NCBI GenBank assembly: GCA_951406725.2
Contig: OX597818.1
Location: 23,374,001 to 23,438,000 of the forward strand
Direction: 5' to 3'
From: Octopus vulgaris
Lineage: Eukaryota
DNA length: 64,000 nt
This document shows, piece after piece, positions 38,662-53,528 of this stretch (position 1 is the stretch's first letter; every line of letters starts with the position of its first letter). The notes under the pieces were generated by a model. The model was given only the letters and a program-made list of their open reading frames with translations. It did not search any database and was not told the DNA's origin. Position numbers and translations under genes: made by a program.

Positions 38662-41330
38662 GCATATATACATAAATTTTCTATGAAAAAGGGTCCTATC
38701 AGAAAAGTCCTCTCCCTTCATGGCACACACACAAAATTATTCTCTGATACCTATACATAAATCAAGCAACTAAACAAATTCGTTAAAAATTAATGGAAGC
38801 TTCTTCCTTTTCTTACATATTTCAATTTTTTTTTTCTTTAAGATTCTTGTCTTTGTTATATCGCTTATAGAAGCCAATGCAGGTACATTCACCAAAGAAA
38901 AAAAGGCTTTAAAATGCCGGAGAGGATCCTGGAACTCTTTGAAAAAATATGGTATGTGGCTCAAAATGTTGCCAATGTACTATCAATAATATATATAAAA
39001 AAAAAAAGAAAAACATTTAATTTTGAACAATAACCTCCAAACTCTGACTAATCATGAAGAGGTAAAACTTATCAAAGAATTCCGATAATAAAACTATGAT
39101 TGGCCAACTCCTACTGAAAGGAATATTAATTGGAGTCATTTTGTCATGGATAACATTGAGTGCGTTAACTTGACTCAATAGATTTTTTTCTTCTGAGTAA
39201 TTCTACCTAATTCAAGAATTACACATAGAAATTTAGCTTGAGAAGTAAGAACAGAGCCAATAGCCTTTCTAGTTCTTCCTAAAATAGAGAATAGGATAAT
39301 GAGTCATTATGGTTAACATTTATTTTGAACTTTTAAAAAGTAAATGATCTGGGGAAAAAAAAATACAAGGGTGTGTTGAGTTTCCCAAGGATGCAGTCCA
39401 AAATAGAATGATTTGGAAATACGTACAGTGAGAGCAGTAGTATGAGCTGCAGGCATGTAAGATGATGACCTGTGATATACACTCACAAGTTCAAAGGAGA
39501 AGACACATTTATAGTAGTGGCAGTGGTATGAGAGAGGGCACAACTCAATGACTCACAAGTGGTTGAAATATACTGGTAGACATAGTAATGCATGAGTGAT
39601 GTTACTACCAGAAGTTGTACTGTAAATCAGTGTTTAAAATACCTCCTTTGGTCATGACTGACCATGGGATTGCACCTAGAAAGTTCCCCTACGAGGCACA
39701 AGTTTGGGCAAGGTTGTTTATGGAAAACCAGCAATTGCCCATGCATACTGGCCTCCTTTCTTCATGCTACTAATGTTATCCAAGAGAAAGGGAAAGGCCT
39801 ATACAGTTTGGCACCAGTGATGTTGCAACTCATTTTTACAGATGAGTGAATTGGAGTGACATAAAATAAAGTGTCTTGCTCAAGGCTACAACATAAAGTT
39901 TGATCCAAGAACCAAACTCACTACCTCATGATTGTGAGCCTGATGATCTAACCACTGAGCCACACACCTTCACATAAATCAGTGGTTTAACTTTAAATGG
40001 CTGTGATGTATAAAGTTCATAGAAGAGAAATGACGGAGTTAAATTACTTTCAGTGCATTATTAGTATTTATTTGTTTTAGTTTTACATAGATGAAAAACA
40101 AAGTTGAAACAAATATAGAGAGGGACTGAACTAGTTGCAGTCAATGTCATATTTTACTGAATCAAGATCATGTCTATTACCCTTAACATGTAAATAACAT
40201 TGGCTTTTAACTTTTGCATGAAGCCAGAATTACTGGGGTAAGCACACTCAATTAGAGTGGCTCCTTTACTTCTTTATTGTTTCTGGATGGATGGAAAACA
40301 AAGCTGACACCAGCAAGCTTTGAATTCAGAACATAAAGGTATGTTAGTAACTACCACAAGGCATTTCGTCTGGTACTCTACTAATTTTATCCTTAGCATG
40401 ATAATAATATTGAATTCTAATATTGATACAAAGCAAAACATTTGTGGGTAGAGAAGAGCATTGTCAATTGAATGGTATTTATTTGATGTAACCAAGATGG
40501 AATTCAGCAGAAAACAAAGAAATATTGTTGGACACCTTTAGTATGCTAGTAATATTATATTATTGATAAGTGTATTATATAACAATAAAATTTCTTATTG
40601 AACTATACCTTCATAATGTTATCAAGTATACATTTGTAGATTCTGGGGGTTTATTTTATTTTTATATTTATCAAATCTAGACCTTGAAATAAGTCATCAT
40701 TAAAGTTTTAAGGGACTCTTTGTCTTTTTGAATGGATATGATTTTCTGATTATAAATTTAACATTGCAATCTTCAATTTACTTTCCTTTTACATAAAGAC
40801 AGATAATTTTGCTCATGTTTAAACTAATAAATTTCAAGCAAAAGTGAATCATTAAAAACTTCTGTCAAGCAACCTCACCATGAGTTTTAGTCAATGAACT
40901 CTACAAATGCTAGAAAATAGTAAGAACAGAATGTTCATCTCCATTGTAACCATTTCATCAAATGCCTTAAAATAGAGTTAGATGTTATTCAGAGCATCTT
41001 ATTTATTATCTATAACATGCAATTTGCTACATCAAATGCAGTCTCTTATTTCACATATGCTATTAGATGTTTGGCCATTAAAAATCAAGCTAAATAATCA
41101 GGAAGAAATAAATCCATATCACATGCTCACTTTTGCTAATGGCTGCCCATTGAATCCAATAATAACCATCTCCTTCATTTCTGAATCCTTTCATAACTAG
41201 TTAGATCATACATACATACATACATACATACATACATACATACATACATACATACATACATACATACATACATACATACATACATACATACATGTATACA
41301 TACATATGTGTCTATGTATGTATACACACA

Positions 41331-41696
<366 letters not shown>

Positions 41697-42020
41697 AGGC
41701 ACATGGCTTAGTGGTTAGGGGCATTTGGCTCACAATCGTAAGGTCATGAGTTCAATTCTCAGCAACATGTTGTGTCCTTGAGCAAGACACCTTATTTAAC
41801 ATTGCTCCAGTTCACTCAGCTGGCAAAAATGATTAGTACTTGTATTTCAAAGGGCCAACCTTGTCATACTCTGTATCATGCTGAATCTCCCTGAGGACTA
41901 AGTTAAGGGTACACGTGTCTGTGGAGTGCTCAGCCAATTGCATGTTAATTTCATGAGCAAGCTGTTCCATTGATCATATTAGCTGGGACCCTCGTCATCA
42001 TAACTGACAGAGTGCTCCTT
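41697..42020 (+). mobile_element. tRNA-derived SINE (third family)
   Basis: TGGCTTAGTGGTTAGG A box, GAGTTCAATTC B box, TGTGTCCTTGAGCAAGACAC motif. Confidence 0.75.
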
Positions 42021-42046
42021 TTATATATATATATATATATATATAT

Positions 42047-42590
42047 CCAAAAATTAAGGAATGGAGTAGATAAAATCCAGGCTACATATGCTTCATAGCA
42101 AGTGGAACCTTGGAAGAAGTAAATTATCCAACCAATAGGTAGACTGCATGCTACTCTTCAGGCCAAGGCATTTCAGTTGAATCCTCAGGTTAACACAGGA
42201 TCTCCCAAAAGCAATGTAAACTGCATATAACCCTTGACCTAAAGAGTAGCTTGCGGTCTACTCCTTGTTTGGATAATTTACTACTTCTTATTTCTTTACT
42301 GCCCACAAAGGGCTACACACAGAGGGGACAAACAAGGACAGACAAATGGATTAAGTCGATTATATCGACCCCAGTGTGTAACTGGTACTTATTTAATCAA
42401 CCCTGAAAGGATGAAAGCAAAGTCGACCTCAGCAGAATTTGAACTCAGAACATAGAAGCAGACGAAATACCACTAAGCATTTTGCCCAGCATGCTAACAT
42501 TTCTGCCAGCTCGCCACTTTCATGATTTACTACCTCTGAGGTTCCACTAGCTGGATTTTATTTACTACATTCACTAATTTTTGAATGTTT
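42047..42590. mobile_element. Older fold-back PLE-like element with HHR (42080-42164 on -), interrupted by SINE B (about 42287-42520, -)
   Basis: GGC-CTGAAGA-GTAGCA...TGCTAT-GAAG-CATATG-TA-GCC; the right arm has lost the GAAA/cleavage segment; SINE flanked by an ATTTACTAC duplication. Confidence 0.6.
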
Positions 42591-42829
42591 ATTCACATAT
42601 AAAACACCCTGTTGCTAACCATGAACTATTAAATTAACTTTTTTCAGCTTATCATACTTCGATATGGGAAAAATTCACAACCTTTTATGCCAATAAAGCA
42701 TTATTGTTCCGGAAAGTTGTATTTTATATCTTCTACGGATTGCTTGAAGTTTACTAACTTCCTACACCTTGATCCTTGGATCTTACTTTTACATATCTAT
42801 CTATCGAAATTTGTGTGTGTGTGTGTGTG

Positions 42830-43043
42830 AAGGGTGCTGAAAAGTTCCTGGCTTTAAAGTTATCATGAAAGGCCTGGCTGGAGGCCCAACCTTCCAAGTT
42901 CTCTTACAACACTTAGAAAAACTGAAGGACTGCTGCAATAAATGTGTGAATCTGAGATGGGAATATGTTGAGTAAAATCATAAATAACTGATCCTCCTGT
43001 ATTTTCTTTTACCCAAAGTCAAGAACCTCTCAGCACCCATTGT
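42830..43043. mobile_element. Mariner-derived MITE
   Basis: Inverted homolog of 11864-12080. Confidence 0.8.
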
Positions 43044-43049
43044 ATAATA

Positions 43050-43896
43050 CAGGGTGCTATTAATAAACCGTCGTCTAAATCACGCAAAAATGAAAATAAC
43101 ACTGACATCTCATTTTAACAGATATATTTACCAAAATTACATAAAAATATCTTGAAATACTAATGAGTAAATTTATTCAATAAAATTGCCAGCCTCCAGA
43201 CGACTTCAGAATCTTCTGCAACTCTTATGGTGAATGCTGCCATAATCCTTGCCTTCAGTTCATCTTTGGTGTTACAAGAAGTTTTGTTGGTCTCTCACTC
43301 AACTGTGCCCACACATAATAACCAAGGGGGTTGCAGTCTAGAGAGTTAGGTGGCCAGATGTTAAGGGTGATTTGGTCACAGAAATTGTCTCACAGCCATG
43401 ACTGGATTCTCCTGTTTGTGTGGCATGGTGCAGAGTTCTGTTACCAAACACAGGGTCTTCTGGCAGCCACCCTCTTGAGCCAAGGCAGCACTACCTCCTC
43501 AAAGCACTTAATGTAGGCCTCCTTGTTGAGTCTGAAGCCATGGGGAAAGATGAATGGAGGCATAACACCACCATCACTAGTGATCACTCCAAACACCATG
43601 ATGTTGACTGGATGTTTGATTTTTATCACTCTCAGTACATGTCCTCAGATTGACACCCAAACACTCTGAAATGTTTGTAATGGAGCTTCTAGCATGAATG
43701 CTAAGCAGTACAACATATTATTTCCAAATTTCTGGTTGAGTGAATTGCACCATGGATTGCATCATGGTGCTGTTTTTCTCACAGATGGTGCCCAACTGAC
43801 TCCACTATACTGTGTAGTCAACAAAATCCAAAACAAACAATGCATATACACAAAATTAAAAATGTAAAATGGCGGCAATTTACCCATCGCACCCTG
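43050..43896 (-). mobile_element. Tc1/mariner (maT/DD37D-like) transposon remnant
   Basis: TA-CAGGGTGC...GCACCCTG-TA termini; KHPVNIMVFGVITSDG...VVLPWL...WPPNSLDCNPL with stops. Confidence 0.8.
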
Positions 43897-46800
43897 TATG
43901 TATGTGTGAGAGACCATGCAAAAATGAGAACTGATGTATGTTGTTACAAGTACATTGTTTGTTGCCCTAAAAAGATATACCAAAAATCCCTTATTGTGCC
44001 TCAAATAGACATTAGTTCCATGAATCTGCTCATTATTTTGCTATGATATGAAATTTTTCTGTCAAACTTAAATTATAATTTTAAATATTTACTGCAGCTG
44101 TTTTCAAATTACTGAGAACTAGCTTGAGACCACAATACAGCAGTAACCTTAAGCACTTACTATATATATAGTCTGATTATATAATACAAATGAAGGCACT
44201 CATTTGCCAAAACTCTATAAGCTAAATCTGGGAATGCACTTTCAATGTAACCAAAGGAATAAGCATACCATTGGCATCAACACTTGAGAAGATCAAGCAT
44301 CAAACAGACACCATTGGAATAATTTTAATTGCCTATGGCATTGTGACCAAGCATTCATCTTCCTTAAAAATGTTCCTTCAGTACCAAATACTTTGATTCT
44401 TTTTAACACTTTCAACTGTATGGGTGTGAGGAAAACTAATACTCCACACAGCACTTGAAGTAATGAATTGATTAATGATATATAAGTAATTATTTCTAGC
44501 CTTGCTCAAAAATAACGTTGGGATTATAAACATATGGGGCTTGCAACTGAGAGATTGAAACTTGATCTAGCTGGGTCTCAGCTTCAGTTCAGTCATACCC
44601 ATGCATTCTTTTTCTGCTTTGGTTTTGGTACAACCGGAATCTTTAATTCCATTCAGTTTTTCAGTGGAGAGGATTTGAATTGAATATTGATTAATATAAA
44701 AACAAGTGTAACTTTCTTTTCTTTTGAGGAAATTTTGAATTGGTAAAACAAATACGTTTTCATAAAGTACAAATAGCATGGAAAATTCTGAAAATGAAAT
44801 TCAAACAGCAACTGAAATTAAATAAAATTATTTAAAAATGTATCTGAATTTATCAATATAAATTGAAATAAGCTACTAATTAAAAGAAAATTAATAATAA
44901 AACCTCAATTCCAATTTCAGTTTGTAAAATTTTCCATTCAATTCTGCATTTGTGAAAATATCTATAATTTATTAAGTTGGAATCTTAACTTGAGAAATTT
45001 ACTTTAAAAAAGGTGAATTAAATAATAATACTCATCTCAGGTTTCTACATCCAACATAAGTTGTTTGATAAACATTTCTGTTCTAAAGATTATTATTTTA
45101 ATCCTTTATTTATCTTAGTTCTATTTCAGAAATAATGTTTGTTCCTTTAAAAGCAGTTATGATTGTATTTGACTACAGTCAGCACAAGAATAATTTAAAA
45201 CTAAATAATTAAAACTTTGAACCTTATTATTATTTTACTTTTGTTTATTTTCATTTTATTTTCATGTTTTATTGTTGTTTATTATCTTAGAAAATGCAAG
45301 CCTATGTAGCTGTTTATCATATGACAGTTTTAATGTGCCGCAAGAGATGGCACTTGAGTAGTTTTCAGTTTTATTTTCTGGTAGACTTAAAATCTAAGAT
45401 TTCCAAATATTATGTAAATGTAAAGGAAATGAAAATATCTTCACCCTAGAATTGAAACCAGGCCACAAGTTTGGTTAGTGGAATGCTTACAGTCAATCTG
45501 TGGTATGCATGCAATTTGCATTTAGAAAAGATATTACTTTATCTATTTGCATATTGTTTTTATTGGTGGGATGCTGAAATCTAAATGCATATCTATGTAT
45601 AAGCAAATTTATGTATGTATGTATGTATGTATGTATGTATGTATGTATGTATGTATGTATGTATGTATGTATGTATGTATGTATGTATGGATGGATGGAT
45701 GGATGGATGGAGGGAGGGAGGGAGGGAGGGAGGGAGGGCAGGAGGGATGTCTGAACATGTGTGTAGAATACAATATGGATGGCCAAATGATTAAGAAGTT
45801 CATTTCATAATTATGAGGTCTTGGGTTTGTTTAGAATGCAAAGATGGACGAAATGCCACTGCAAGCATGCTAACTATTCTGCCAGCTTACCACTTTTTCC
45901 ATTCTGAGAATTTTAACATATAGTTATAAGCTCATATCTTATTGCAAGCCCATATGTTGCTTCTGAACATTCTCATTATGAGGATCCTTCACCATCCTCA
46001 TCATCGCCACTATTTAACATCCATTTCCCACACTGGTATAAGCTGGATGGCTCAACAGAAGCTGGTGAGGCAGTGACTATGCCAAGTCTTGATGTCTGTA
46101 TTGGCATGGTTTTTATGGCAATGTGTCCTTTGTAATGCCAACCATTTTTCAGTGTGCATTGGGTGCTTTTTATGCAGCATTGGCATCCATGAGGCCACCA
46201 AGTAACTTGTAAGACATTTCTACTGAGTTGGGGAGTAGTATTGAGGGAGATGACTTTAAGCCAGGTGATGAGAGGTTGAAGTATGACAGGGGGACAGAAA
46301 CAAGTGTCATGCTGTTGGAAGAAGAAAAAAAGAGGAGAGAAAAAGCTGGTGAGGGAAATGTGTCAGGATATACACTCAAGGGAGGAGAATATAAATGAAG
46401 TGGTACATTTGCATGAGTATGTGCGTGTGTGTGCATGGTGTGTGTGTGTGTGCGGTGCACATGTGCATATATGTGTGTCATGCATGTGTGTGTGTTGTGC
46501 ACATGCATCTATGTGTGCACATGCATCTATGTGTGTGCACACACATGCATGTGTGTGTGTGTGTGTCTCCATAGACTTTATGAATTCCTTTCAACCAAGC
46601 AAATGTGTCTCTGTTATGGTAAGATTTTGCTGACCCTGTTTGACCATATGTTGTCATAGCTGAGCTTTTTCTTTTCAACATATGCAACCTGCAAATTTGT
46701 CATGTTTGCAAATTCTTGAGCTGAGAATGATCAGTAAAATTATCAAACTGAAGATACACTGTTAAGAGAATGAATTTCCATTAAGAAAGAACCTACTGAT

Positions 46801-46939
46801 GGGTATTTTTTCTATTTAGAATTTTAAAATATTATGCTAGTCTATACACATTCAGTGAACTTGAAAATTATTTTTGAGATCATACAAACTGTTGTACTAA
46901 ATTACAAGTGAAAATCATGATTAATTTAAAAGAATATAT

Positions 46940-47990
46940 AAAGGTCTGTCCAAAGCAACCCAATCTTCTGATAAAACAAAACAAAATTCTTACTTTTCTC
47001 ACAGTTTAATCAGATTTTTTTTCAAAATAGTTCCCTTCACTGCTCCAAATATGCTTTGTTGTATTGAATGGCCTCCTGGAATGCATTTTCAGGGGTAGTG
47101 TACAGTTCTCGTATCAAATAAAGATTATCCTTTCAGGGCAGATCTCTCAACTTTTGGAACAAAAGTGTCTGCAGGGGTCAAATCTATAGAACAGAGTTGC
47201 TGAGCACAAGGGCCATTAAAGTTATAGATAAGAGCTGACACATAAGCAGGTACACAGTCATTGTACAGCATTCAGGTTTTGCCATACATTCTCTCTCAGA
47301 CACTTCATGGCATCCAAGTAAAACTCTCCAATGATCATCTGATCACATGAAACAAACTCATGGTAAATAACACCCTTCCACATTTGAGCAGCTCTCCAGC
47401 ATGTATTTTTGTACATGTGGAAATGCTATTCTAATTCACTGTGGCAAATACCTTTTAATTTTGATGTCAAAACTATACACCCACATTTCCTCAGCCATTA
47501 TAACATATTTTAGAAAGTTTTCTTTGACATTCAGACAATCAAACAGCTTTTGACCCACTGTGACTTGGTTCAATTTCTGTTCATAACTTTTGCTACAACT
47601 TAATGCATCTTCAATTTATCTTCTTCCAAAATCAGGTGGAACAAACTTTTGCAGATGTCTCTACCTTTGGAAACTTCAAAGACAATGAAACAATGATTTT
47701 CATGGATTGTATCGTTTACTTATACAATGTGATAATTTTCTGTTGTCATGAAAGTTCATCCAAATTTCGGACCGTCTTGCAAAGATGTTTTTCCCTATTT
47801 GGAAAGCTGCTTCCACACATCTCAAACAATTCTGTTATAGGCTTATTGCATCATTAGAAAAGTCTCTATAAGTTTTATCCCAAATTAATATTAATGTAAA
47901 TATGTTGCTCTTCCAAATCGCTCATTGTTCAAATACATTGACATAAATTCACTTTAGTACATGTAAATCAATGACAATTATTAGATTGAT
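46940..47990 (-). mobile_element. Highly degraded mariner-like element
   Basis: TA-AAGGTCTGTCCAAA terminus and EGNYFEK-like C-terminus on minus; boundaries approximate. Confidence 0.45.
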
Positions 47991-48019
47991 AGTCAAGCTC
48001 ACCTATATAGAACATTTCA

Positions 48020-48251
48020 AGGCGGCGAACTGGCAGAAACGTTAGCACGCCGGGCGAAATGCATAGCCGTAATTCGTCTGTCGTTACGTTCCGGGTTCAA
48101 ATTCCGCCAAGGTCGACTTTGCCTTTCATCCTTTCGGGGTCGATAAATTAAGTACCAGTTACGCACTGGGGTCGATGTAATCGACTTAATCCCTTTGTCT
48201 GTCCTTGTTTGTCCCCTCTGTGTTTAGCCCCTTGTGGGTAGTAAAGAAATA
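48020..48251 (+). mobile_element. Young SINE family B copy
   Basis: CpG-intact; 16-bp TSD TATATAGAACATTTCA at 48004-48019 and 48252-48267; GCCTTTCATCCTTTCGGGGTCGATAAATTAAGTACCAG domain. Confidence 0.92.
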
Positions 48252-49231
48252 TATATAGAACATTTCACACTCTAACAGCTTATCGGTATGCTGTTTTAAA
48301 TGTCTATTTTCTTTTCAAGTAGACCGCATATGTATGAAATGTTTGTTTATGTAAAATATCAAAAGCTTCCTTATTGTTACAAGTGTTATAGTTGTGTTAT
48401 AGCCTGTGGATATTTGGAAATAGATATAAAGGAAACACATTGAAAGACACATTTGATCAACATTTATAGTTATGACCATCAAATCATTATTATGAAACAT
48501 TTTGTTTTACACGATTCACTTTTAAAGGTAATATATATATAAATGATGGGGAAGAGACAGCAACATTAAGTGACTATATAGAAACATCTTCAGTAGTTTA
48601 TGCTCCTTTTTTTCTGTTTATTTTTTTCTCGTTTTCAATTTAAATGACTAATTAAATATATTATACAATAGAAATTGAATAATCAGTTTTTTTTTATTCT
48701 AGGAAATAGTTCATTGGTAGCTTTTAGTTATTTGTTGCAGTTATTAACTTCAGTGTTGTCTCTGATAAAATGATAACCAAGCAATTCATAATTTTAGTCA
48801 ATACAGAGTTCAAATGGTTATTGTTTCTATACTTTTTGATTAGTTTTATAGAAGAAAAAATATTCATCTCTTTTTCCACATTATGTAAAACAAAAATAAT
48901 GTGTAATATATAAACCATTTGTGGTATATGCTGCAAAAAAATTATTTTCATTCATGCATAATTTCCACACATTTAATAACTTTGGCATACATGCACTATT
49001 AATTTTGGACTTTAATATATGTTCTTCAAATTTAACAGCTTTAATCAGTGTTTTATTAACTGGTATAACAGACCATAATAAAACCTAATATCTGTTTCTT
49101 TGTGACATAAAGCTATCTGCCTTAATGAAGGGTTCTAATTCAGTGATACTATCCAAATTTATAACAATTTCCCACTTAAATTATTTTTATAATAGAATAA
49201 ATATTTTAGCATAATTAAAAAAATCTAAATC

Positions 49232-49436
49232 TACGTATGTGTGTACTCTTAATTTTGGTTTTAAATTAAATAATTTCAAAATTGTTTTAAAGTGTACTAA
49301 ACTGTGGTTACAGAAATAACATATTAAAATGATCTTTTACGTATGTGTGTACTCTTAATTTTGGTTTTAAATTAAATAATTTCAAAATTGTTTTAAAGTG
49401 TACTAAACTGCGGTTACAGAAATAACATATTAAAAT
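49232..49436. repeat. Near-perfect tandem duplication (99-bp unit, 106-bp period)
   Basis: 49232-49330 vs 49338-49436, one mismatch seen. Confidence 0.9.
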
Positions 49437-49545
49437 AATTTTTTAAATGGACTGTTTGGTTAATGTTTTTAATGGACTCATTTTGTTAAATGTTTTGCTG
49501 AAATTTTACAAGACTGAATTTTTTTCATTGTTTTTATTATAACAG

Positions 49546-49608
49546 GTTCTGATGGCTGCGGTAAATATTTACCTGTGCAGAGGTATCCGAAAGGGAGTAA
49601 GAAAGTAA
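49546..49608 (+). CDS. Tetraspanin terminal coding exon (TM4 end and short cytoplasmic tail)
   Basis: Polypyrimidine tract plus aacag; phase 0 gives VLMAAVNIYLCRGIRKGVRK*, completing TM4 with the usual juxtamembrane YLC and basic tail. Confidence 0.8.
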   Translation, partial: VLMAAVNIYLCRGIRKGVRK

Positions 49609-50079
49609 ATCATGGTTTGGAGACTCTGTTGTGAAGCATCTGATCTGCTCAAATTTTTGGCAATAGAACAATAGGCAAAAAACAGACAAAATTATACACT
49701 GCAGCAGAGGTCCATAGTCTGAGAAACTAATGACAGGAATCCATCTTGAGGAGGTGAACACCAACAGCATTGAAACTGCAAAACAAGAATGGCATTAGAG
49801 ATATCAAAATGCCGAAATACAGTGTCCTATAACTGGCAAGACAAAATGTCATGAAAGTATGGTGCAGAAGACCATGTTGATAAATTGATCAATGCATATA
49901 TATATATATATATATATATATGTGTTTTACATTAATCTCACAGCATCTGAATGTGTGTCATTATACATTCTATATTGAGGCATAAATCTCTCTACAAATG
50001 CAAATTATCTTTTGTTCAATTACGTTTTTTCATGCATATGTTTAAATGTAAAGTTCGATAGCAAATGTTCTTTGAGAAT

Positions 50080-50185
<106 letters not shown>

Positions 50186-50471
50186 ATATAGATTCATGCA
50201 TACTCATATATAATGAGTGTATAATTTTTAAGATATGTCTCTAGAAACTCATGCCTGAGTCCAAAGTTTATATTCTGAAAACTGGACTTAATTTTCGTGC
50301 CTCAGTTTATTTTTTTATACGTACATGTCTTTCGCATGTTTCTGGAACTTAAGCAATATGCTACAGCACCATTTTTTAAATGTTGTGTACTACATATACT
50401 GGTATGTGCAATGCGGTATCTTGATTTGTATCTTGAAGGTATCCCTTCAATTATTCATATATATATATATA

Positions 50472-50551
<80 letters not shown>

Positions 50552-50608
50552 GTATATGTGTTCATATGTACACATATACGTATATATTTATATATACATA
50601 TACATACT

Positions 50609-50647
<39 letters not shown>

Positions 50648-51119
50648 TTATGTGTGTGTGGATATATATATATATATATGCACACATATATTTTGGGGGT
50701 TAATAGAAAAATAATGTCAAAAAATGATAAAACTATCTTGTTGGAAGATTTGTTTTTCGTTTTCCAAACCTTTTCATCTTTCTTATGATCTTCCAATGTA
50801 ATAAAGTGAAAATGATAAATGATAATCTAATTTTCCGTCTTTCATTATAATAAACTTAATAAATATTTCCCCAAATTATTGTTTCCGAAACAAAACTGTC
50901 GTGTCAGCTTAACATGGTTTAATTGTTTATTTATTCTCCTCTTACTACTACTACTACTACTACTACTAACGCCACCACCACCACCACCACCACCACCACT
51001 ACTACTAGCAACTGTAACAAAACCCCCAGACCAACAGAAGCCCTGTGAATGGATTTAGTATGCAAAAACAGGTTAAAGCCCATCTAATATACTGATATCT
51101 ATCTGTCTATCTATCTATC

Positions 51120-51257
<138 letters not shown>

Positions 51258-51445
51258 ATATATATATATATATATATACATTGCATTACTAATAACATGG
51301 TGTTGAATACAATATACATATGCTTCTGGACAAAGCGTTAGTTGAGTACAGAGCATTAATAAGAAGAATGAGATGACAAAACAGCTATCGAATGTGGTGG
51401 ACCCATAATTGAGTATCCGAGTAACACCTTATAGCTTCCAGAGTA

Positions 51446-51476
<31 letters not shown>

Positions 51477-52287
51477 AGAGAAGTGGCAGCACATTAAATT
51501 CTTCGCAGTATTTAATTCCATCTCTGTTCCATTAATGGTGGTAACTAGCAGAATTGGTATTACATCAAATAAAATAGCTTACAGATTTTAGCTATTTCCT
51601 TTTTTGACATTCTGAGATCAAATTTTGATGAGATTGTTCTTCATCCTTCTACTAACAATGTAATAAAATACCATTCATGTTCTGGAGTTGATTTATTGTT
51701 CTTTAATGCATCCTAGATATCAATGGAATTACAATAAAAAAATTAACGAAGATTCGACTTTTCTTTTCAGTCATAGAATCTTAGAATGCAGATCAGACAA
51801 GAATACCTGATTCAGTTTAACTTAAACGTCATCATTATCATCAACATTGTTTTAATGCTTGCATGAGTTAGACAGAATTTATTAAGGAAGATTTTCTGCA
51901 GTAAAATGCTCTTCCTGTCACCAGCCTTGATCTCTTTCCAACCAACATCGTATTTTCCCATGCTTGGATGCATTTTTACAGAAAACTGGAAACAAATGAT
52001 ACCGTTTGTATGACAGTAACATGCTTTTACAACGACCACATGATGTCATGGCAAGAAGACACACATACACATATATATATGTAGCTAGATATATACATAC
52101 ATATACACACACACACACAAACACATACATCTCATTATTTATACTCTCCTATTTATCTTAATAATACAACAACTACATTATCAATACTATCATTATCATC
52201 ACAGCAAATACGATTACAATGAAAGATAAGACTTAGTAGTGTTTTCTTTTATATCTATATATATAAATATACATATACATATATATA

Positions 52288-53528
52288 TCAGGTTATTAAG
52301 AATGAAATGTTCAATTTTCTTAAGCACCAAGTTTGACAGTCATTAACTCTAATGTTTTATCCTAACAATTCTTTGTTTTACATTTCAAAAGTTACATCAT
52401 CACTTTTTGAAATGCAGTTCATGGTGCCTGATTATTTGTGAGTTTTCTCTTGTAAATCAATTTTTGTGAACACATGGATAGATCAAAAATTCATGTTCTT
52501 TATGAATATGAGTTCCGTCATGGAATCAATGCATCCCAGACAGCTCGAAACATGAATGAAGTGTTTGGTGAAGATGTAGCAAATGAACACACTGTACATG
52601 GGTGGTTTGAGAAGTTCCAGTCTGGTGACTTTATTCTTGAAAATCAGCCCCATGGTAGACCTGAATCTAAGATAGATAATGATGAGCTGAAAATTGTAGT
52701 GGAAGTGGATACATCTCAAACCACACATGAGTTAGCAGCAAGGTTTGATGTTTCAATTCCAACTGTATTGGACCATCTGAAACAAATCAGTAAAGTAAAG
52801 AAGCTGGACAAGTGGGTACCACACAAACTGAAAGAGCATCAAATGACATTTCATCTTGAAATTTCCTGTTCTTTGCTGTCACAGCATAAAAGCGAACCAT
52901 TTTTGCATCATATTGTTACGTGTGATGAAAAATGGATTCTTTTCAACAATAGCAAGCATTCTGCATGGTGGTTGGATAGAGACGAAGTGCCAAAACACAA
53001 ACCAAAAAAGAATGGTCACCAAAAAACCTAATGGTGTCAGTTTGGTGATGCAGTGCTGGTATCATCCACTACAGCTTTGTGAGACCTGGCAAGTCAATTA
53101 CAGCAGATGTATACATCAACCAACTGGATGAAATGATGAGTGAACTTGCAATTAAACAACTGAGATTGGTCAATAGAGAGAAGCCAAGACAATGCTCGAC
53201 TACATGTTGCACAAAGAACGCTACTCAATTATAGGAACTGAACTTGGAAGTCATCCACCATATTCACCAGACCTTGCATCAACTGACTATCACATTTTCC
53301 AGGCTTTAGACAACAAATCTGAAGAAGATGCGAAAACAGCCTTTGGTGATTTCATCACCTCTTGCTCTCCAGAATTCTTTGCTACTGGCATAAATAAGCT
53401 ACCAATAAAATGGCAAAATTGTGTTGATAATTTAGGTGCATACTTTGATTAATTGCATTGCTTTTTGTTGAGATAGAGTAAAATTAACTTTCAGTTCAAA
53501 ATCAGACATTTCATTCTTAATGACTTGA
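52288..53528 (+). mobile_element. Near full-length mariner (Hsmar1/cecropia-like), disrupted transposase 52474-53452
   Basis: TIRs TCAGGTTATTAAGAATGAAATG / CATTTCATTCTTAATGACTTGA, TA flanks; WVPHKL, TCDEKW, HPPYSPDLASTDY; frameshifts and deletions. Confidence 0.93.

Noticed and set aside
42648-42757. Possible further + strand exon (branch point, ttttcag, short open frame)
   Set aside because: No homology support; lies at the tail of a repeat element; the tetraspanin is completed better by 49546-49608.
44161-44787. Minus-strand exon-like segment with a 70-aa ORF
   Set aside because: Splice-like signals exist but there is no recognisable protein and many stops; not supportable without RNA data.
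52474-53452. Possible functional or domesticated mariner transposase
   Set aside because: Frameshifts and deletions through the catalytic region; TIRs and TA flanks indicate a dead insertion.
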